In this document: positions 39,101-52,700 of the stretch, in pieces | Layout of the letters: each line of letters begins with the position of its first letter | Position numbering within the stretch: position 1 is the stretch's first letter | Assembly: GCA_964016885.1 (NCBI GenBank) | Contig: OZ024747.1 | Location: forward strand, 71,734,001-71,798,000 | Length of the DNA: 64,000 bases | Direction: 5' to 3' | Source: Eledone cirrhosa | Lineage: Eukaryota | Notes under the pieces: model-generated | The model's input: only the letters and a program-made list of their open reading frames with translations | What the model was told of the DNA's origin: nothing | Databases searched by the model: none | Made by a program: the position numbers and the translations under genes

Positions 39101-40420
39101 AAAGTACCCAGTTTATCCTGTCATATAGTTGTTTGGTGCCACAATAAAAAGTACCCAGTTTATCCTGTCATATAGTCGTTTGGTGCCACAATAAAAAGTA
39201 CCCAGTTTATCCTGTCATATGGTCGTTTGGTGCCACAATAAAAAGTACCCAGTTTATCCTGTCATATAGTTGTTTGGTGCCACAATAAAAAGTACCCAGT
39301 TTATCCTGTCATATAGTTGTTTGGTGCCACAATAAAAAGTACCCAGTTTATCCTGTCATATAGTCGTTTGGTACCACAATAAAAAGTACCCAGTTTACCC
39401 TGTCATATAGTTGTTTGGTACCACAATGAAAAGTACCCAGTTTATCCTGTCATATAGTTGTTTGGTGCCACAATAAAAAGTACCCAGTTTATCCTGTCAT
39501 ATAGTCGTTTGGTACCACAATAAAAAGTACCCAGTTTACCCTGTCATATAGTCGTTTGGTACCACAATAAAAAGTACCCAGTTTACCCTGTCATATAGTC
39601 GTTTGGTGCCACAATAAAAAGTACCCAGTTTATCCTGTCATATAGTCGTTTGGTACCACAATAAAAAGTACCCAGTTTACCCTGTCATATAGTCGTTTGG
39701 TACCACAATAAAAAGTACCCAGTTTACCCTGTCATATAGTCGTTTGGTGCCACAATAAAAAGTACCCAGTTTATCCTGTCATATAGTCGTTTGGTACCAC
39801 AATAAAAAGTACCCAGTTTACCCTGTCATATAGTCGTTTGGTACCACAATAAAAAGTACCCAGTTTACCCTGTCATATAGTCGTTTGGTGCCACAATAAA
39901 AAGTACCCAGTTTATCCTGTCATATAGTTGTTTGGTGCCACAATAAAAAGTACCCAATTTACCCTGTCATATAGTCGTTTGGTGCCACAATAAAAAGTAC
40001 CCAGTTTACCCTGTCATATAGTCGTTTGGTGCCACAATAAAAAGTACCCAGTTTATCCTGTCATATAGTTGTTTGGTGCCACAATAAAAAGTACCCAGTT
40101 TACCCTGTCATATAGTCGTTTGGTGCCACAATAAAAAGTACCCAGTTTACCCTGTCATATAGTCGTTTGGTGCCACAATAAAAAGTACCCAGTTTACCCT
40201 GTCATATAGTCGTTTGGTGCCACAATAAAAAGTACCCAGTTTATCCTGTCATATAGTCGTTTGGTGCCACAATAAAAAGTACCCAGTTTACCCTGTCATA
40301 TAGTCGTTTGGTGCCACAATAAAAAGTACCCAGTTTATCCTGTCATATAGTTGTTTGGTGCCACAATAAAAAGTACCCAGTTTACCCTGTCATATAGTCG
40401 TTTGGTGCCACAATAAAAAA
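27130..40420. repeat. 47-bp tandem satellite, about 280 units, 13.2 kb
   Basis: Unit aaaaagcacccagtttaccctgtcatat(a/g)gtcgtttggtgccacaat; period 47 (27232, 27279, 27326). Two diverged units lie at 27130-27226. Confidence 0.98.
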
Positions 40421-41139
40421 CGGCGGCGGCGGCGATGTTGATGATGAGCAGGAGGAGTAGGAGGTGGTGATAGTGATGATGATGAGGAGGAGGAGGAGGA
40501 GTAGGAGGAGGTGGTTATGATAATGATGATTTATTAATACTCACCTTTCAAGGTCAATATAATAAAGTATCAGTCAAGTAGTGTGGTCAATATACTCAAC
40601 TTTCCCTCCCCCAGAAATAGTTGGCCTTGTGCCAAAATTAGAAACCATTATTATTTATAAATATACTAAAAGCAGTTCTATCTCCTTTCATTACACACCT
40701 GGTATTAATTTACTTGATTTTATTGCCAGTTAAATTAACAACCGTTAAATTAGTGATTATCTGAAATTAAACATCATTAAATTGGAGACCACTGACTAAC
40801 TGTATTTGACATTAAAGCTGCTTGAAAGATTCTTTGGAATTCTGCATATTTTTAAGCAGAAGTTCCTGCAATCCATGCTGGTAATTTGTATACCTTAGAC
40901 TGTTGACTGTAACAGGGCCAGTGGAAGCATTTTTGAATTGAAGGAGTACAAATTTGGTCAATTTAGTTGTAGTGATTAGTTTAGCTGTTATCACATATCA
41001 ACCAAGATATAAAAAAACTTTGATATGCGACAAACATAACATATGCATAAATTGTAGAGCATATACAAACAGATGTGTGTTTTGGTAGTTTGGGGAGAAA
41101 ATATAATTATTGAGGGGAGGGGGCACAAAGAAACAATAT

Positions 41140-41318
41140 TTCCGTTGGTCTGTCCATTGCTGATACTATCTACCAGTTGCAACTCCTGGCAAAAAGAGAG
41201 AGCAACGTGAAATAAAGTGGTTTCCTCAAGGACATACTGTATTGCCTGGTCCAGGAATCGAACTCAGAACCTCACCATTGTAAATCCAATTCACTAACCA
41301 CTAAGCCACCTTCCTTCA
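41140..41318 (-). mobile_element. tRNA-derived SINE (family B-type head)
   Basis: Minus strand: tggcttagtggttag A box, gagttcgattcc B box, and tccttgaggaaaccactttatttcacgttgctc. Confidence 0.75.
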
Positions 41319-42447
41319 CAGCACCTACAGGCTGGTTTTATTTTGTTGATATTAAATCAGAAGAAGAATCTTTATTCAAAAAGTTACAATGTAGGTTACT
41401 GTGGCATCAGTGACACACAAAATAGCAAACAATTTATTTCCTATTTGTTAAAGTGGGGATTCAATTTTCAAATGCAACCTTATAATGGCATCATTAAAGT
41501 GGTAAACCCAAGAATTTGTATATGCAGCAAAAGTAAATAAAAACTACCTTATATATACAACCATATTACACAATACATTTCCTTTATCTTTCATGTAACA
41601 GAAAGCAGCATTTTTTTTTTTTTTTTCAAAGTCTGCTTCCTTGGCATTAAGCATGAATTCCTAACAAACATTGTTATGCTGCTTATTGCCACAAATAATA
41701 GCACATCTTTCATTCTATAGCACATTGACATAGTCACCGTTTATTAGAGAAATTTCAGCTTGTTATTCAGCTCAGCAATTTCAACAAGATTCGCTTGGTT
41801 TTTACAAACGGCTCCTTTCACTCCGACATCACATTTGCTCATGCATGCAGAAATCTTACATGGTCATATTTGCTAAACCTATTTGGCTTTTCATTTATGT
41901 TCTGCTAATGCCAACAACATCCCTTTTTGCTTATGGGCAAATAGCTATCAAAACATAACCATATTGTCAGACACACTTAGTTTTTTTTATTTTATTCACA
42001 GACTGTGACAGTTCGTGTCCATTCACCCCTTGTTGCCTCATGACCACAGACAACCCTTATTCATGTTGCTCAGCATTGTCCAAACATGGTCACATATTTT
42101 CATATGCTATGATATGATACAGAACCTACCACAGCTACTATATCCCAGTCCATATCTAGTGCTACATAGATCCCTGAAGTATTTCATCATTGATATAAAC
42201 AGATGAAAGGCAAGTCAGCATAAACAGGTTTAAATCAACCCAATAGACACAGAATCACTATCTAAAACTTCACCTTGCTAGTCTAATACCATGTCATTGA
42301 TGCCTTTCTGACAAGATCCCTACTTCCAAGACTGCTCCAGAAAAGAATACACTTCCATTAAAACCAGTTACAATTAGAAGTAGTAGAAGAGTGTATTAGC
42401 CTGCCAACTGAACTTTTCTTTTTGTTTTATTGAAAAGATATTATTTG

Positions 42448-42665
42448 GGCGGTAGATTCGCAGTATCGGTAAAGTGTCGGATACCATGTTTCGTGATATA
42501 GAGTTACGTCCCTTTACGATCTGAGTTCAAATCCCGCCGAGGTTAGCTTTGCCTTTCATCCTTATGGGGTCGATAAAATAAAGTACCAGTAAAGGACTGG
42601 GGTTGATTTAATCGACTTTCTTCTCCTCGAAAATTGTTGGCTTTGTACCTAAATCAGAAACCATT
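42448..42665 (+). mobile_element. tRNA-derived SINE (family A), full length
   Basis: gcagtatcggtaaag head, gagttcaaatcccgccgagg, core and tail. Confidence 0.85.
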
Positions 42666-43109
42666 ATTTGTGGTATTGGAATGAAACATGATATATCTTC
42701 CCATGACTTTTTTTCCTAGTCAAAATTGTTACTGTTTTCCTATTTCTATTCACTGCCATTGCAATACCCATTGATTGCCAATGCAGCATGTGTAGAACAA
42801 ACTCAACTAACCATAAAGCACTTTAACCCTTTAGCATTTACATTACGCTATATATACTATTGTATTTTTGTGGTAACGGCTTTACCTCACATAATTACCT
42901 CACATAATATCAATCTACAAGATTTTTATGTTATTTATTTTGAGAACAATACCTTAACATAAGTATGATCAGCTGATTATGGCTGGCTTGAATAGAAAGA
43001 GGTGAGAGAATTCTGGCCAGATACGGGTGGTTTAAATGCTAAAAGGTTAAGTAAAAGTTTTCACCCTTTATTCAAATACATCAACTTATCACATTATACA
43101 TGAATATGT

Positions 43110-43512
43110 CTGTGGAGCATGAGACAACATGCTTTATGCCATAGAGTTACGGCCCTTTATAATCTGAGTTTAAATCCTGCCAAGATTAGCCTTGCCTTTC
43201 ATCTTTACGGGGTTGATAAAATAAAGTACTAGTAATACACTAGGGATGATTTGACTTTTCCTTCCCCAAAAATTGTTGGACTTGTGCCAGAAACCAATAT
43301 ATTGAGAGCTTTAAAGAAATGTGGTAACAGGACAGTAAGTTATAAATATTGTTTCTACTATTGGCACAAGGCCAGCAATTACCCAGTACATTACTGGTAC
43401 TTTATTTTATCCGTAAGGATGAAAGGTAAAGTTAACCTAAGTGGGATTTGAACTCGGACCATAAAGAACTGTAACTATATGTCACAAAGCATGTTTTCCG
43501 ACGCTCTACCGT
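43110..43512. mobile_element. Two family A SINEs in inverted, tail-to-tail orientation
   Basis: Plus copy at about 43110-43297 and minus copy at about 43349-43512. Confidence 0.7.
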
Positions 43513-43765
43513 ATTTGTCTAATAAATTCTTTCAACACACTAATATTGCATGTCATTGATACAATGAATCATATTTTTACACACACACTCTCTCTCTCAC
43601 ACACACACAAACACACAGAGAGAGAGACCTGTCAACTCCCCATCTGAGGGGGAGATCTCCAACCCACTTTCGAGTGGGTAACAGATGTCTTCTCTTGTGA
43701 AAATGGGAATAGCTTTCATTATGTAAATCATTTCTCCCCGTTTTGGTGCACTTTTTTTCATGGTC

Positions 43766-43800
<35 letters not shown>

Positions 43801-44199
43801 TTACATTATATTATATTATATTATTAGAATTAATAATAAAAGTTTAGTGAACTATAAACTCGGTTTTACTGTACCGTCATAGCTTTGTTGTAAGAAAATG
43901 AATAAATGTACCCACACACACAAACACAGATGTATAGGTTCAGGCGTGGCTGTGTGGTTACAGAGTTTGTTTTGGTTTACCAATGGTCTAGTGAGTGAAA
44001 TCTGGTACTCTGGTCCCAAATAATATGGCGTGGGGAATAACCTGGGAAGTTGAAATAAGGTGAGGGGAGGGGGGTCAGAATTTTTCTAGGTTGTCTCTGC
44101 TGACTTTTTAAAAAAAAACAGAATAAGCCGTTTAGTTTACATATTGAGACCCCCAACTCATCCTATTTATTTTATAGCGTACGGGATTTCTAGTAATAT

Positions 44200-44396
44200 C
44201 AGACCTGTCAACTCTCCCCGTCCGAAAGGGGAGATTTCCCACCCACTTTGGGGTGGATGAGAGATGTCTTCTCTTGTGAAAGTGAGTATAGCTTTCATTA
44301 TGTAAAATCTCCCCATTTAGTTTCATTTCTCTCCGTTTTGGGACACTTCTTTTTCATGGCTCTCCCTATTTGAGCTTTTAGCGGTTGGTAGGTCTG
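44200..44396 (+). mobile_element. MITE of about 197 bp (other copies at about 43625-43766, 46016-46205 and 63650-63748 on minus)
   Basis: Imperfect TIRs cagacctgtcaac and gttggtaggtctg; conserved interior ...gctttcattatgtaaaatctcccca. Confidence 0.7.
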
Positions 44397-44799
44397 GCAT
44401 CCTATTTATTTTATAACGTGTGGGATTTCTAGTAATGTACTTTGTTTGTCATGTATAATGTTTTTAATGTATAGCAGGAATGCTAGCACTTAGAATAAAA
44501 TTTTGCCGGAGATATATTAGGAAAATTTAATAAGCGGGAGGGGAGAGATCTTTAAAATTAATAAGCAGGAGGTTGGGGGGTATTCGAGGCCCGAGAGTAG
44601 GTGGAAGGTGTAGAAAGGTAGAAATCCATTGTATATATATATATATATGTGTGTGTACGTGATTGTCCCAGTATAGGTTTGCGCGTTTATTTATACTCCA
44701 CAAAAACAGATCGATAACATAAGCACTAAATCCCTTTAATGGTGCATGGCGCAGTCAAGCTGAAATCAGTAATATATATATGTGTGTGAGTGTGGAGGT

Positions 44800-44903
44800 G
44801 TATATATATATATATATATATATACAAATACATACACACACATATATACCCCCCCCCCCTATATATATATGGGGGGGGGGGTATATATGTGTGTGTATGT
44901 ATT

Positions 44904-44940
<37 letters not shown>
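44800..44940. repeat. Palindrome built from TA/CA microsatellite and C-run/G-run arms
   Basis: ...acatatatac-Cn-tatatatatat-Gn-tatatatgt...; symmetric about position 44865. Confidence 0.85.
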
Positions 44941-44943
<3 letters not shown>

Positions 44944-45714
44944 GGGTATATGTGTGTATGTGTATGGTGGTGTGTGTATATATATGGGTGTGTGTATCAC
45001 TTTGCCTTTCATCCTTATGGGGTCGATAAAATAAAGTACCAGTAATGTACTGGATAATTGCTGGCCTTGTGCCAATAGTAGAAACAATTATTGCTAGTGT
45101 AAATTATTTTACAATAGCTTTACTATTTTTTACCTCCCGCAAGGTTTTATTCGCCATTCAAATGATAATTATTATAACTATCCACAAAATATTATTGTAC
45201 TTACATTTATTTTACTGTTGTCCGAGACAACTTGCCATCCATTTATTCCAGCGAACATTTGTTGACTACGTAAACAGTGACATTGCGACCTCTCTACCTC
45301 TCTCTTTACTACCACTGCTACTACTACTACTACTACTACTGTGACTACTACTGCTACTACTATTACTACTACTACTGTGACTACTACTACTATTACTACT
45401 ACTACCGCCACTACCAAATAAACAACTCCATCAACAAACACGTATATTTATTTGTATTCATTTAATAGTCCCGGTCATTAGACTGCGACCATGCTAGGGC
45501 ACTACCTTAATTTAATCGATCATATATCGAAGCCAGAACTCATTTTGGTACTTATTTAAGTTTGGCACTTATTTTATCGATTTCTCTTTTTGTTGTTGTT
45601 GTTTTTATTGAACAATCATGCTACGGAACATAAACAAAGACACAGATGCGGGCACGCACGCATACACACACACACATATGTGTGTATGTGTGTGTGTGTG
45701 TATGCATGTAATAT

Positions 45715-45824
45715 ATACAAGGCGTCCCCCCCCCCAAAAAAAAATAAACATACTTCAACAGCATTCTAATAAATATTACCTGTACAGGTAATCAAAGTGT
45801 GTATATTTTTTGGGACACCCTATA
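45715..45824. mobile_element. Tc1/mariner-type MITE (second copy at 63254-63357)
   Basis: TA-flanked ends of the type cagggtgtccc...gggacaccct; shared interior cttcaacagcat..taataaatatt.cctgtacaggtaatcaaag. Confidence 0.7.
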
Positions 45825-46589
45825 TATATATATGTGTGTGTGTATAGGTGATTATAGCAGAGAACTTCACTATTATCTTTGGTAAGGTGTGAGACGCTCT
45901 ATGCACATTAAAATCCTCCGTTTAACAGGAATTTAAAACGGACGACTGAGTCATCGACTTGTTGAATACACACACTGAATGGGGTTTTTTTTAATTATTT
46001 TGTCAACTATATTTTCAGACCTGTCAACCCTCTACGTCCGACGGAGAGATCTCCCACCCACTTTGGGGTGGGAGAGAGATGTCTTGTGAAAAATGGTATA
46101 GATTTCATTATGTAAAATCTCCCCAGTTTGCTTCATTTCTCCCCGTTTTGGAGCACTATTTTTCATGGTATGTCCCGTTTGGGTTTTTAAAGGTTGGCGG
46201 GTCTATTTTACAAGAAAAAGGTATACAATGATGGAAATTTAAAAAAAAAAACGATAAAAACAAAATTGATAACGAAAAATGGGTAAGGGGTAAAGAAGGG
46301 CAGGTTTGGCCGTATAGAAAAGTAAAGGAAAGGGCTATAAATGCCATAAACTAGAAGAAAAGGAGGGAAAGAGCAAGGACTTTTAGGTAACAGAAGAAGA
46401 AATAGGGAAGGGGAGAGGGTGACAGACTAGGTCGGGGAGGTGCTTCGGTTGCACCGCGAGGATAAAACTGCACAGGCAATTCTGCGGTCAATGGTCAGTT
46501 GATCGGCTTGAAATAGCAAGCAAATCATTTTCTTTCTTCCCCTACACACTCAAATCACTTTCTACCGTTGGGTAGTGTTAATCGTGATA

Positions 46590-47013
46590 TCTCTCTATAT
46601 ATATAACTAAAACTCTGCAATTGCTTGCTTGCTTGTCTGTAATGTAATACAGCCAAAAGGGCGCATAATGGGAAAATATTTTGAAAAAAAGTTGACCCTG
46701 AAATGGGAATACAAATGGAATAAAACAAGTTTCGTGTAAATCGGGACACGGGTTCCCGAGATATGGGGTTTTTCCGGGTACCTTCATAAACAGAAAGAGA
46801 GAGGAAGATAGAGAGAAAGAGATAGTGGTTGTAAGAGAGTAGATTGAAAGGGAGACATAGAAAGAGGAAGGGAGAGGAGACAGAGAAGGAGAATGGAAGA
46901 GAGAGAGAGCTGGTGGTGTTGTTCTCTCTCTATATATATATGTGTGTGTGTGTGTCTATGACCAGTGTATATAGATCACAGACACCCACATATATATGTA
47001 TACAAACGCACAC

Positions 47014-47059
<46 letters not shown>

Positions 47060-47450
47060 ATATATGAAAATATGGGTGAGAAGAATACTGCTGATTGCAC
47101 ATGGATAACATGTTATAAAATGAGTCCCTCATCAGTGATTTACCAAACGATCATGGGTATTTCATCGCATTAAAAATCATATACCTCACGTTGGAGCGAT
47201 AATAACTAAAATAAGTTATTAGGACAATAGAAACGCGTAAAGCGAGTGAGACAAGTAAACAACACAGGGGAAAGCTAACCGAAGATGGAAATAAACACAA
47301 GCAACATGTATATATATATATATATGGGCTTTCCAATTTCATTTCATATTATATACATGTCTGTGTATATTTTAATTATTTTTAAGTTAACATGGTTTTT
47401 TTAAATATATTTTGAAGTGAACGTGACCCAACGGGTCACGGGTGGTCTAG
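46590..47450 (+). mobile_element. Non-autonomous Helitron, full length
   Basis: 5' A|TC start; 3' hairpin cgtgaccc-aac-gggtcacg followed by ggtggtCTAG|T. Inserted at an AT dinucleotide with no TSD. Confidence 0.85.
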
Positions 47451-49050
47451 TACAAAATAAATAAATAAAAATAATCTGCAAAAAGACTTGTTGGTCACGG
47501 CTTCAACGATAGCCTGGAGCTAAACAACAACAGTAACAAGTAATGATAGGGTTATGTCAATGTAAGGAATTATCATTTTGCTTTTTTCGTTCAGTTTAAA
47601 TATCTATAAAATATCTATTGTTATGTGTTCCAGATCGCTACGCTCTGACTTTAAAATCCGCCAAGGTCAACTATACGTTTTATCCTTTCGAGGTCAATAA
47701 AATAAAGTATGGGTGAAATTGTTAGAGCGTTGTTTGTTCTGTTCCAGTTGTTTGTGTTTTAAGCTACAATGCTGTTGTGGCCTTGTTGGCAGGTATACTT
47801 AATCTGTTACCCAATTTAACACCACCACCTGGCACTTCAGCGCCTTTTGCAGAATCTTTTCTGTTGCAAGTATTCGGACCAAGTCACTAGTTTAAAGATA
47901 CCCTCCTTCTTCCCTATCACAGAGGTGGGTTAGGGTTAGCAGAGGTGGGTGTGTAGCAGTAATTTGATGCTCTTTTCAATGGAGTTGCTCATACAATCTA
48001 CGCAACAATTACCACACCACTCAGTAATCCACAACAGAACACACAACAACAGAATCAACACCACAACACAGCCACTATTTGACTCGATAAAGGTGAATCT
48101 CTTCTCAAAATTCAAGGGGCTGAGATTAATTTTTCAGATGTCAGATATCTACGGGGATTTTCATTCTCCGAATGGCGTATCGGTTGAAACTCACACTATA
48201 GGTTATGCTTGAAAACCAGTATTCACAAAAGGAAGGGGGCAGTAGCGTAGCTAAGAAGATGAGAGGTGGCAGTTCAATCCAGGCCCCACAAACTCGAGCT
48301 TCGCCACTGCAAAGAGGACTTGAAACTTGGTATTCTATGATAAAAATCCCCTCAGAGGTTTTACTTAAAGCCAATACTTAAAGCCAGTGCTTAAAGAAGA
48401 AGCCCTTAAGCCTTAATTACAAGGTTTCAATTCTCAATGAGAGCTGCTTCACATCACTCCACTTTATTTACTTCACGTGTTTAATGTCCTTCTGGAATGA
48501 ATGAATGCCACAACCTCCTGCACAGTCGTCATACAAAACATTCTTAAAGGTTTTATGGTCACGCATGACACAATTAGTTGTTGTTTAGCCCCAGTTAAAC
48601 TCTGACCATAGATCCCAATGGTCACAAACATTCCAGTCGTAACTATCCAAACTTATTTTCTAGATACAGTTTATCCAATGTGACTTTTTTTTAAAGACAG
48701 CAGTGTTTAATTTGAGAGAGATTTGGTTACTATTTCTAGCAGATCAAGTAATCATATGGGGGGGGGGGCTCCTTCGTTAGTTTGTGAAATAATTAATACA
48801 ACAAATAAATGAATGAATGGACAGACGAAGAATAAATAAATAAATGAATGAATGAACGAACGAACGAATAAAGATCGATATATCTATTGATTTGTGAGAA
48901 AGAAAGAGAAGAGAACTAAAAGCTAGGCGCCAGGTGATTCAGGTGACGTCTTTCAGGCCTCCATGGCGTGATCAAGAGAAAGGGAAACGCCTAAATAAGA
49001 AGAGTGGAGCAAATAAAACTGCCAATGTCGCAACTGACAGGTATACCAGT

Positions 49051-49740
49051 CAGAGCCGGACTAACACAAATAGGGTTCCTGAGCCTGAGAACATTTGAGG
49101 CCCCAAGCACCTGTTCGTAAGTAACTTAATGGAAATTAGAAGTACATGAATGTAGGCCTACACATAGATCGATACGGAGATTTCAGCATCGATCCACGCC
49201 GACCTCTAAAATAAAGGTAACGCCCAAAGAAAAAGAAATGTATTTAATAAGAATTAGAATATTCTAAGTTTTCACAAAAAACATCGTATTTCATAACTAT
49301 ATTTTAATATTACACTCACCAAAATGCAGAGTCAGATATCTTCTCCAGCTTTCCTTGCTGCAAACTCACCTATTATGTCACAGAAATCAATGAACGTAAG
49401 TTAATTATATTCTGTGCTGAGCATACTCAGATCAGACAGCTTTGGGATATCGTCGATCGGAGATCATTATTTTATCCTTTTTAGTCTAGAAAATTCATGA
49501 CCATTAAACACAAGAACAATTAGAAAATTTGCCATATTCTCTTTCATTACTATATTATACTTATATTGATGGCAGATATTACCCAGATCCGACAAGGGTA
49601 AACTCGCTTAATTAGGGTCAATGGTGACCTAAAAGCACGAATATTTTGTTTAAAGGCATCAAAATGCGCGCAAAGATATATACGTATAGATATATATATA
49701 AAAGCAAGATATATCCTTTGGCAAATTATAATTGAAACAG
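49051..49740 (-). mobile_element. hAT transposon 3' relic (dimerisation domain plus terminus)
   Basis: The minus strand reads FSRLKRIK**..LRSTISQ..LSDLSMLSTE..IDFCDIIGEFAARKA. The terminus-like cagagccggactaac lies at 49051. Confidence 0.75.
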
Positions 49741-49763
49741 TATTCATCCATTATGTTTTAAAT

Positions 49764-52700
49764 CAGTCATGGACAAACTGCAACGCGTTTGACTTCTTGA
49801 ATAACATGTCTAATTTCAAAATTGTCTGGAATTTGTTAGTAGTGTGGCACATCTTATGATGAGCCACACCTATGTGGCTCGCCTTATGTTGGGCCATGAC
49901 CTATGTGGCTCGCCTTATGTTGGGCCATGACCTATGTGGTTCGCCTTATGTTGGGCCATAACCTATGTGGCTCGCCTTATGTTGGGCCATAACCTATGTG
50001 GCACATCTTATGATGAGCCACACCTATGTGGATCGCCTTATGTTGGGCCATAACCTATGTGGATCGCCTTATGTTGGGCCATGACCTATGTGGCTCGCCT
50101 TATGATGAGCCACACCTATGTGGCTCGCCTTATGTTGGGCCATAACCTATGTGGATCGCCTTATGTTGGGCCATGACCTATGTGGCACATCTTATGATGA
50201 GCCACACCTATGTGGATCGCCTTATGTTGGGCCATAACCTATGTGGCTCGCCTTATGTTGGGCCATGACCTATGTGGCACATCTTATGATGAGCCACACC
50301 TATGTGGCTCGCCTTATGTTGGGCCATAACCTATGTGGCTCGCCTTATGTTGGGCCATGACCTATGTGGCACATCTTATGATGAGCCACACCTATGTGGC
50401 TCGCCTTATGTTGGGCCATAACCTATGTGGCTCGCCTTATGTTGGGCCATGACCTATGTGGCACATCTTATGATGAGCCACACCTATGTGGCTCGCCTTA
50501 TGTTGGGCCATGACCTATGTGGCACATCTTATGATGAGCCACACCTATGTGGCTCGCCTTATGTTGGGCCATGACCTATGTGGCACATCTTATGATGAGC
50601 CACACCTATGTGGCTCGCCTTATGTTGGGCCATAACCTATGTGGATCGCCTTATGTTGGGCCATGACCTATGTGGCTCGCCTTATGTTGGGCCATGACCT
50701 ATGTGGTTCGCCTTATGTTGGGCCATAACCTATGTGGATCGCCTTATGTTGGGCCATAACCTATGTGGCTCGCCTTATGTTGGGCCATAACCTATGTGGA
50801 TCGCCTTATGTTGGGCCATAACCTATGTGGATCGCCTTATGTTGGGCCATAACCTATGTGGCTCGCCTTATGTTGGGCCATAACCTATGTGGCTCGCCTT
50901 ATGTTGGGCCATGACCTATGTGGGTCGCCTTATGTTGGGCCATGACCTATGTGGTTCGCCTTATGTTGGGCCATAACCTATGTGGCTCGCCTTATGTTGG
51001 GCCATAACCTATGTGGCTCGCCTTATGTTGGGCCATAACCTATGTGGCTCGCCTTATGTTGGGCCATGACCTATGTGGCTCGCCTTATATTGGGCCATGA
51101 CCTATGTGGCTCGCCTTGTGATGAGCCACACCTATGTGGCTCGCCTTATGATGAGCCACACCTATGTGGCTCGCCTTATGTTGGGCCATAACCTATGTGG
51201 ATCGCCTTATGTTGGGCCATAACCTATGTGGCTCGCCTTGTGATGAGCCACACCTATGTGGCTCGCCTTATGATGAGCCACACCTATGTGGATCGCCTTA
51301 TGTTGGGCCATAACCTATGTGGCTCGCCTTATGTTGGGCCATGACCTATGTGGCACATCTTATGATGAGCCACACCTATGTGGCTCGCCTTATGTTGGGC
51401 CATAACCTATGTGGATCGCCTTATGTTGGGCCATGACCTATGTGGCTCGCCTTATGTTGGGCCATGACCTATGTGGTTCGCCTTATGTTGGGCCATAACC
51501 TATGTGGATCGCCTTATGTTGGGCCATAACCTATGTGGCTCGCCTTATGTTGGGCCATAACCTATGTGGATCGCCTTATGTTGGGCCATAACCTATGTGG
51601 CTCGCCTTATGTTGGGCCATAACCTATGTGGCTCGCCTTATGTTGGGCCATAACCTATGTGGCTCGCCTTATGTTGGGCCATGACCTATGTGGTTCGCCT
51701 TATGTTGGGCCATAACCTATGTGGCTCGCCTTATGTTGGGCCATAACCTATGTGGCTCGCCTTATGTTGGGCCATAACCTATGTGGCTCGCCTTATGTTG
51801 GGCCATGACCTATGTGGCTCGCCTTATGTTGGGCCATGACCTATGTGGCTCGCCTTGTGATGAGCCACACCTATGTGGCTCGCCTTATGATGAGCCACAC
51901 CTATGTGGATCGCCTTATGTTGGGCCATAACCTATGTGGATCGCCTTATGTTGGGCCATAACCTATGTGGCTCGCCTTGTGATGAGCCACACCTATGTGG
52001 CTCGCCTTATGATGAGCCACACCTATGTGGATCGCCTTATGTTGGGCCATAACCTATGTGGCTCGCCTTATGTTGGGCCATGACCTATGTGGCACATCTT
52101 ATGATGAGCCACACCTATGTGGCTCGCCTTATGTTGGGCCATAACCTATGTGGATCGCCTTATGTTGGGCCATGACCTATGTGGCTCGCCTTATGTTGGG
52201 CCATGACCTATGTGGTTCGCCTTATGTTGGGCCATAACCTATGTGGCACATCTTATGATGAGCCACACCTATGTGGCTCGCCTTGTGATGAGCCACACCT
52301 ATGTGGCTCGCCTTATGTTGGGCCATAACCTATGTGGCTCGCCTTGTGATGAGCCATAACCTATGCGGCTCGCCTTGTGATGAGCCATAACCTATGCGGC
52401 TCGCCTTATGATTATCCACACCTATGTGGCTCGCCTTATGTTGGGCCATAACCTATGCGGCTCGCCTTGTGATGAGCCATGACCTATGTGGCTCGCCTTA
52501 TGTTGAGCCATAACCTATGTGGCTCGCCTTATGTTGAGCCATAACCTATGTGGCTCGCCTTGTGATGAGCCATGACCTATGCGGCTCGCCTTGTGATGAG
52601 CCATAACCTATGTGGCTCGCCTTATGTTGGGCCATAACCTATGTGGCTCGCCTTATGTTGGGCCATGACCTATGTGGTTCGCCTTATGTTGGGCCATAAC

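Noticed and set aside
27227-40420. CRISPR array or coding repeat (ORF 32765-33115)
   Set aside because: Units are contiguous with no unique spacers and no cas genes. The ORF is a chance stop-free run of satellite.
47728-48420. Higher-complexity segment with short ORFs (47949-48212, 48141-48374) as host exons
   Set aside because: No recognisable domain or consistent splice and phase pattern; probably an old repeat fragment.
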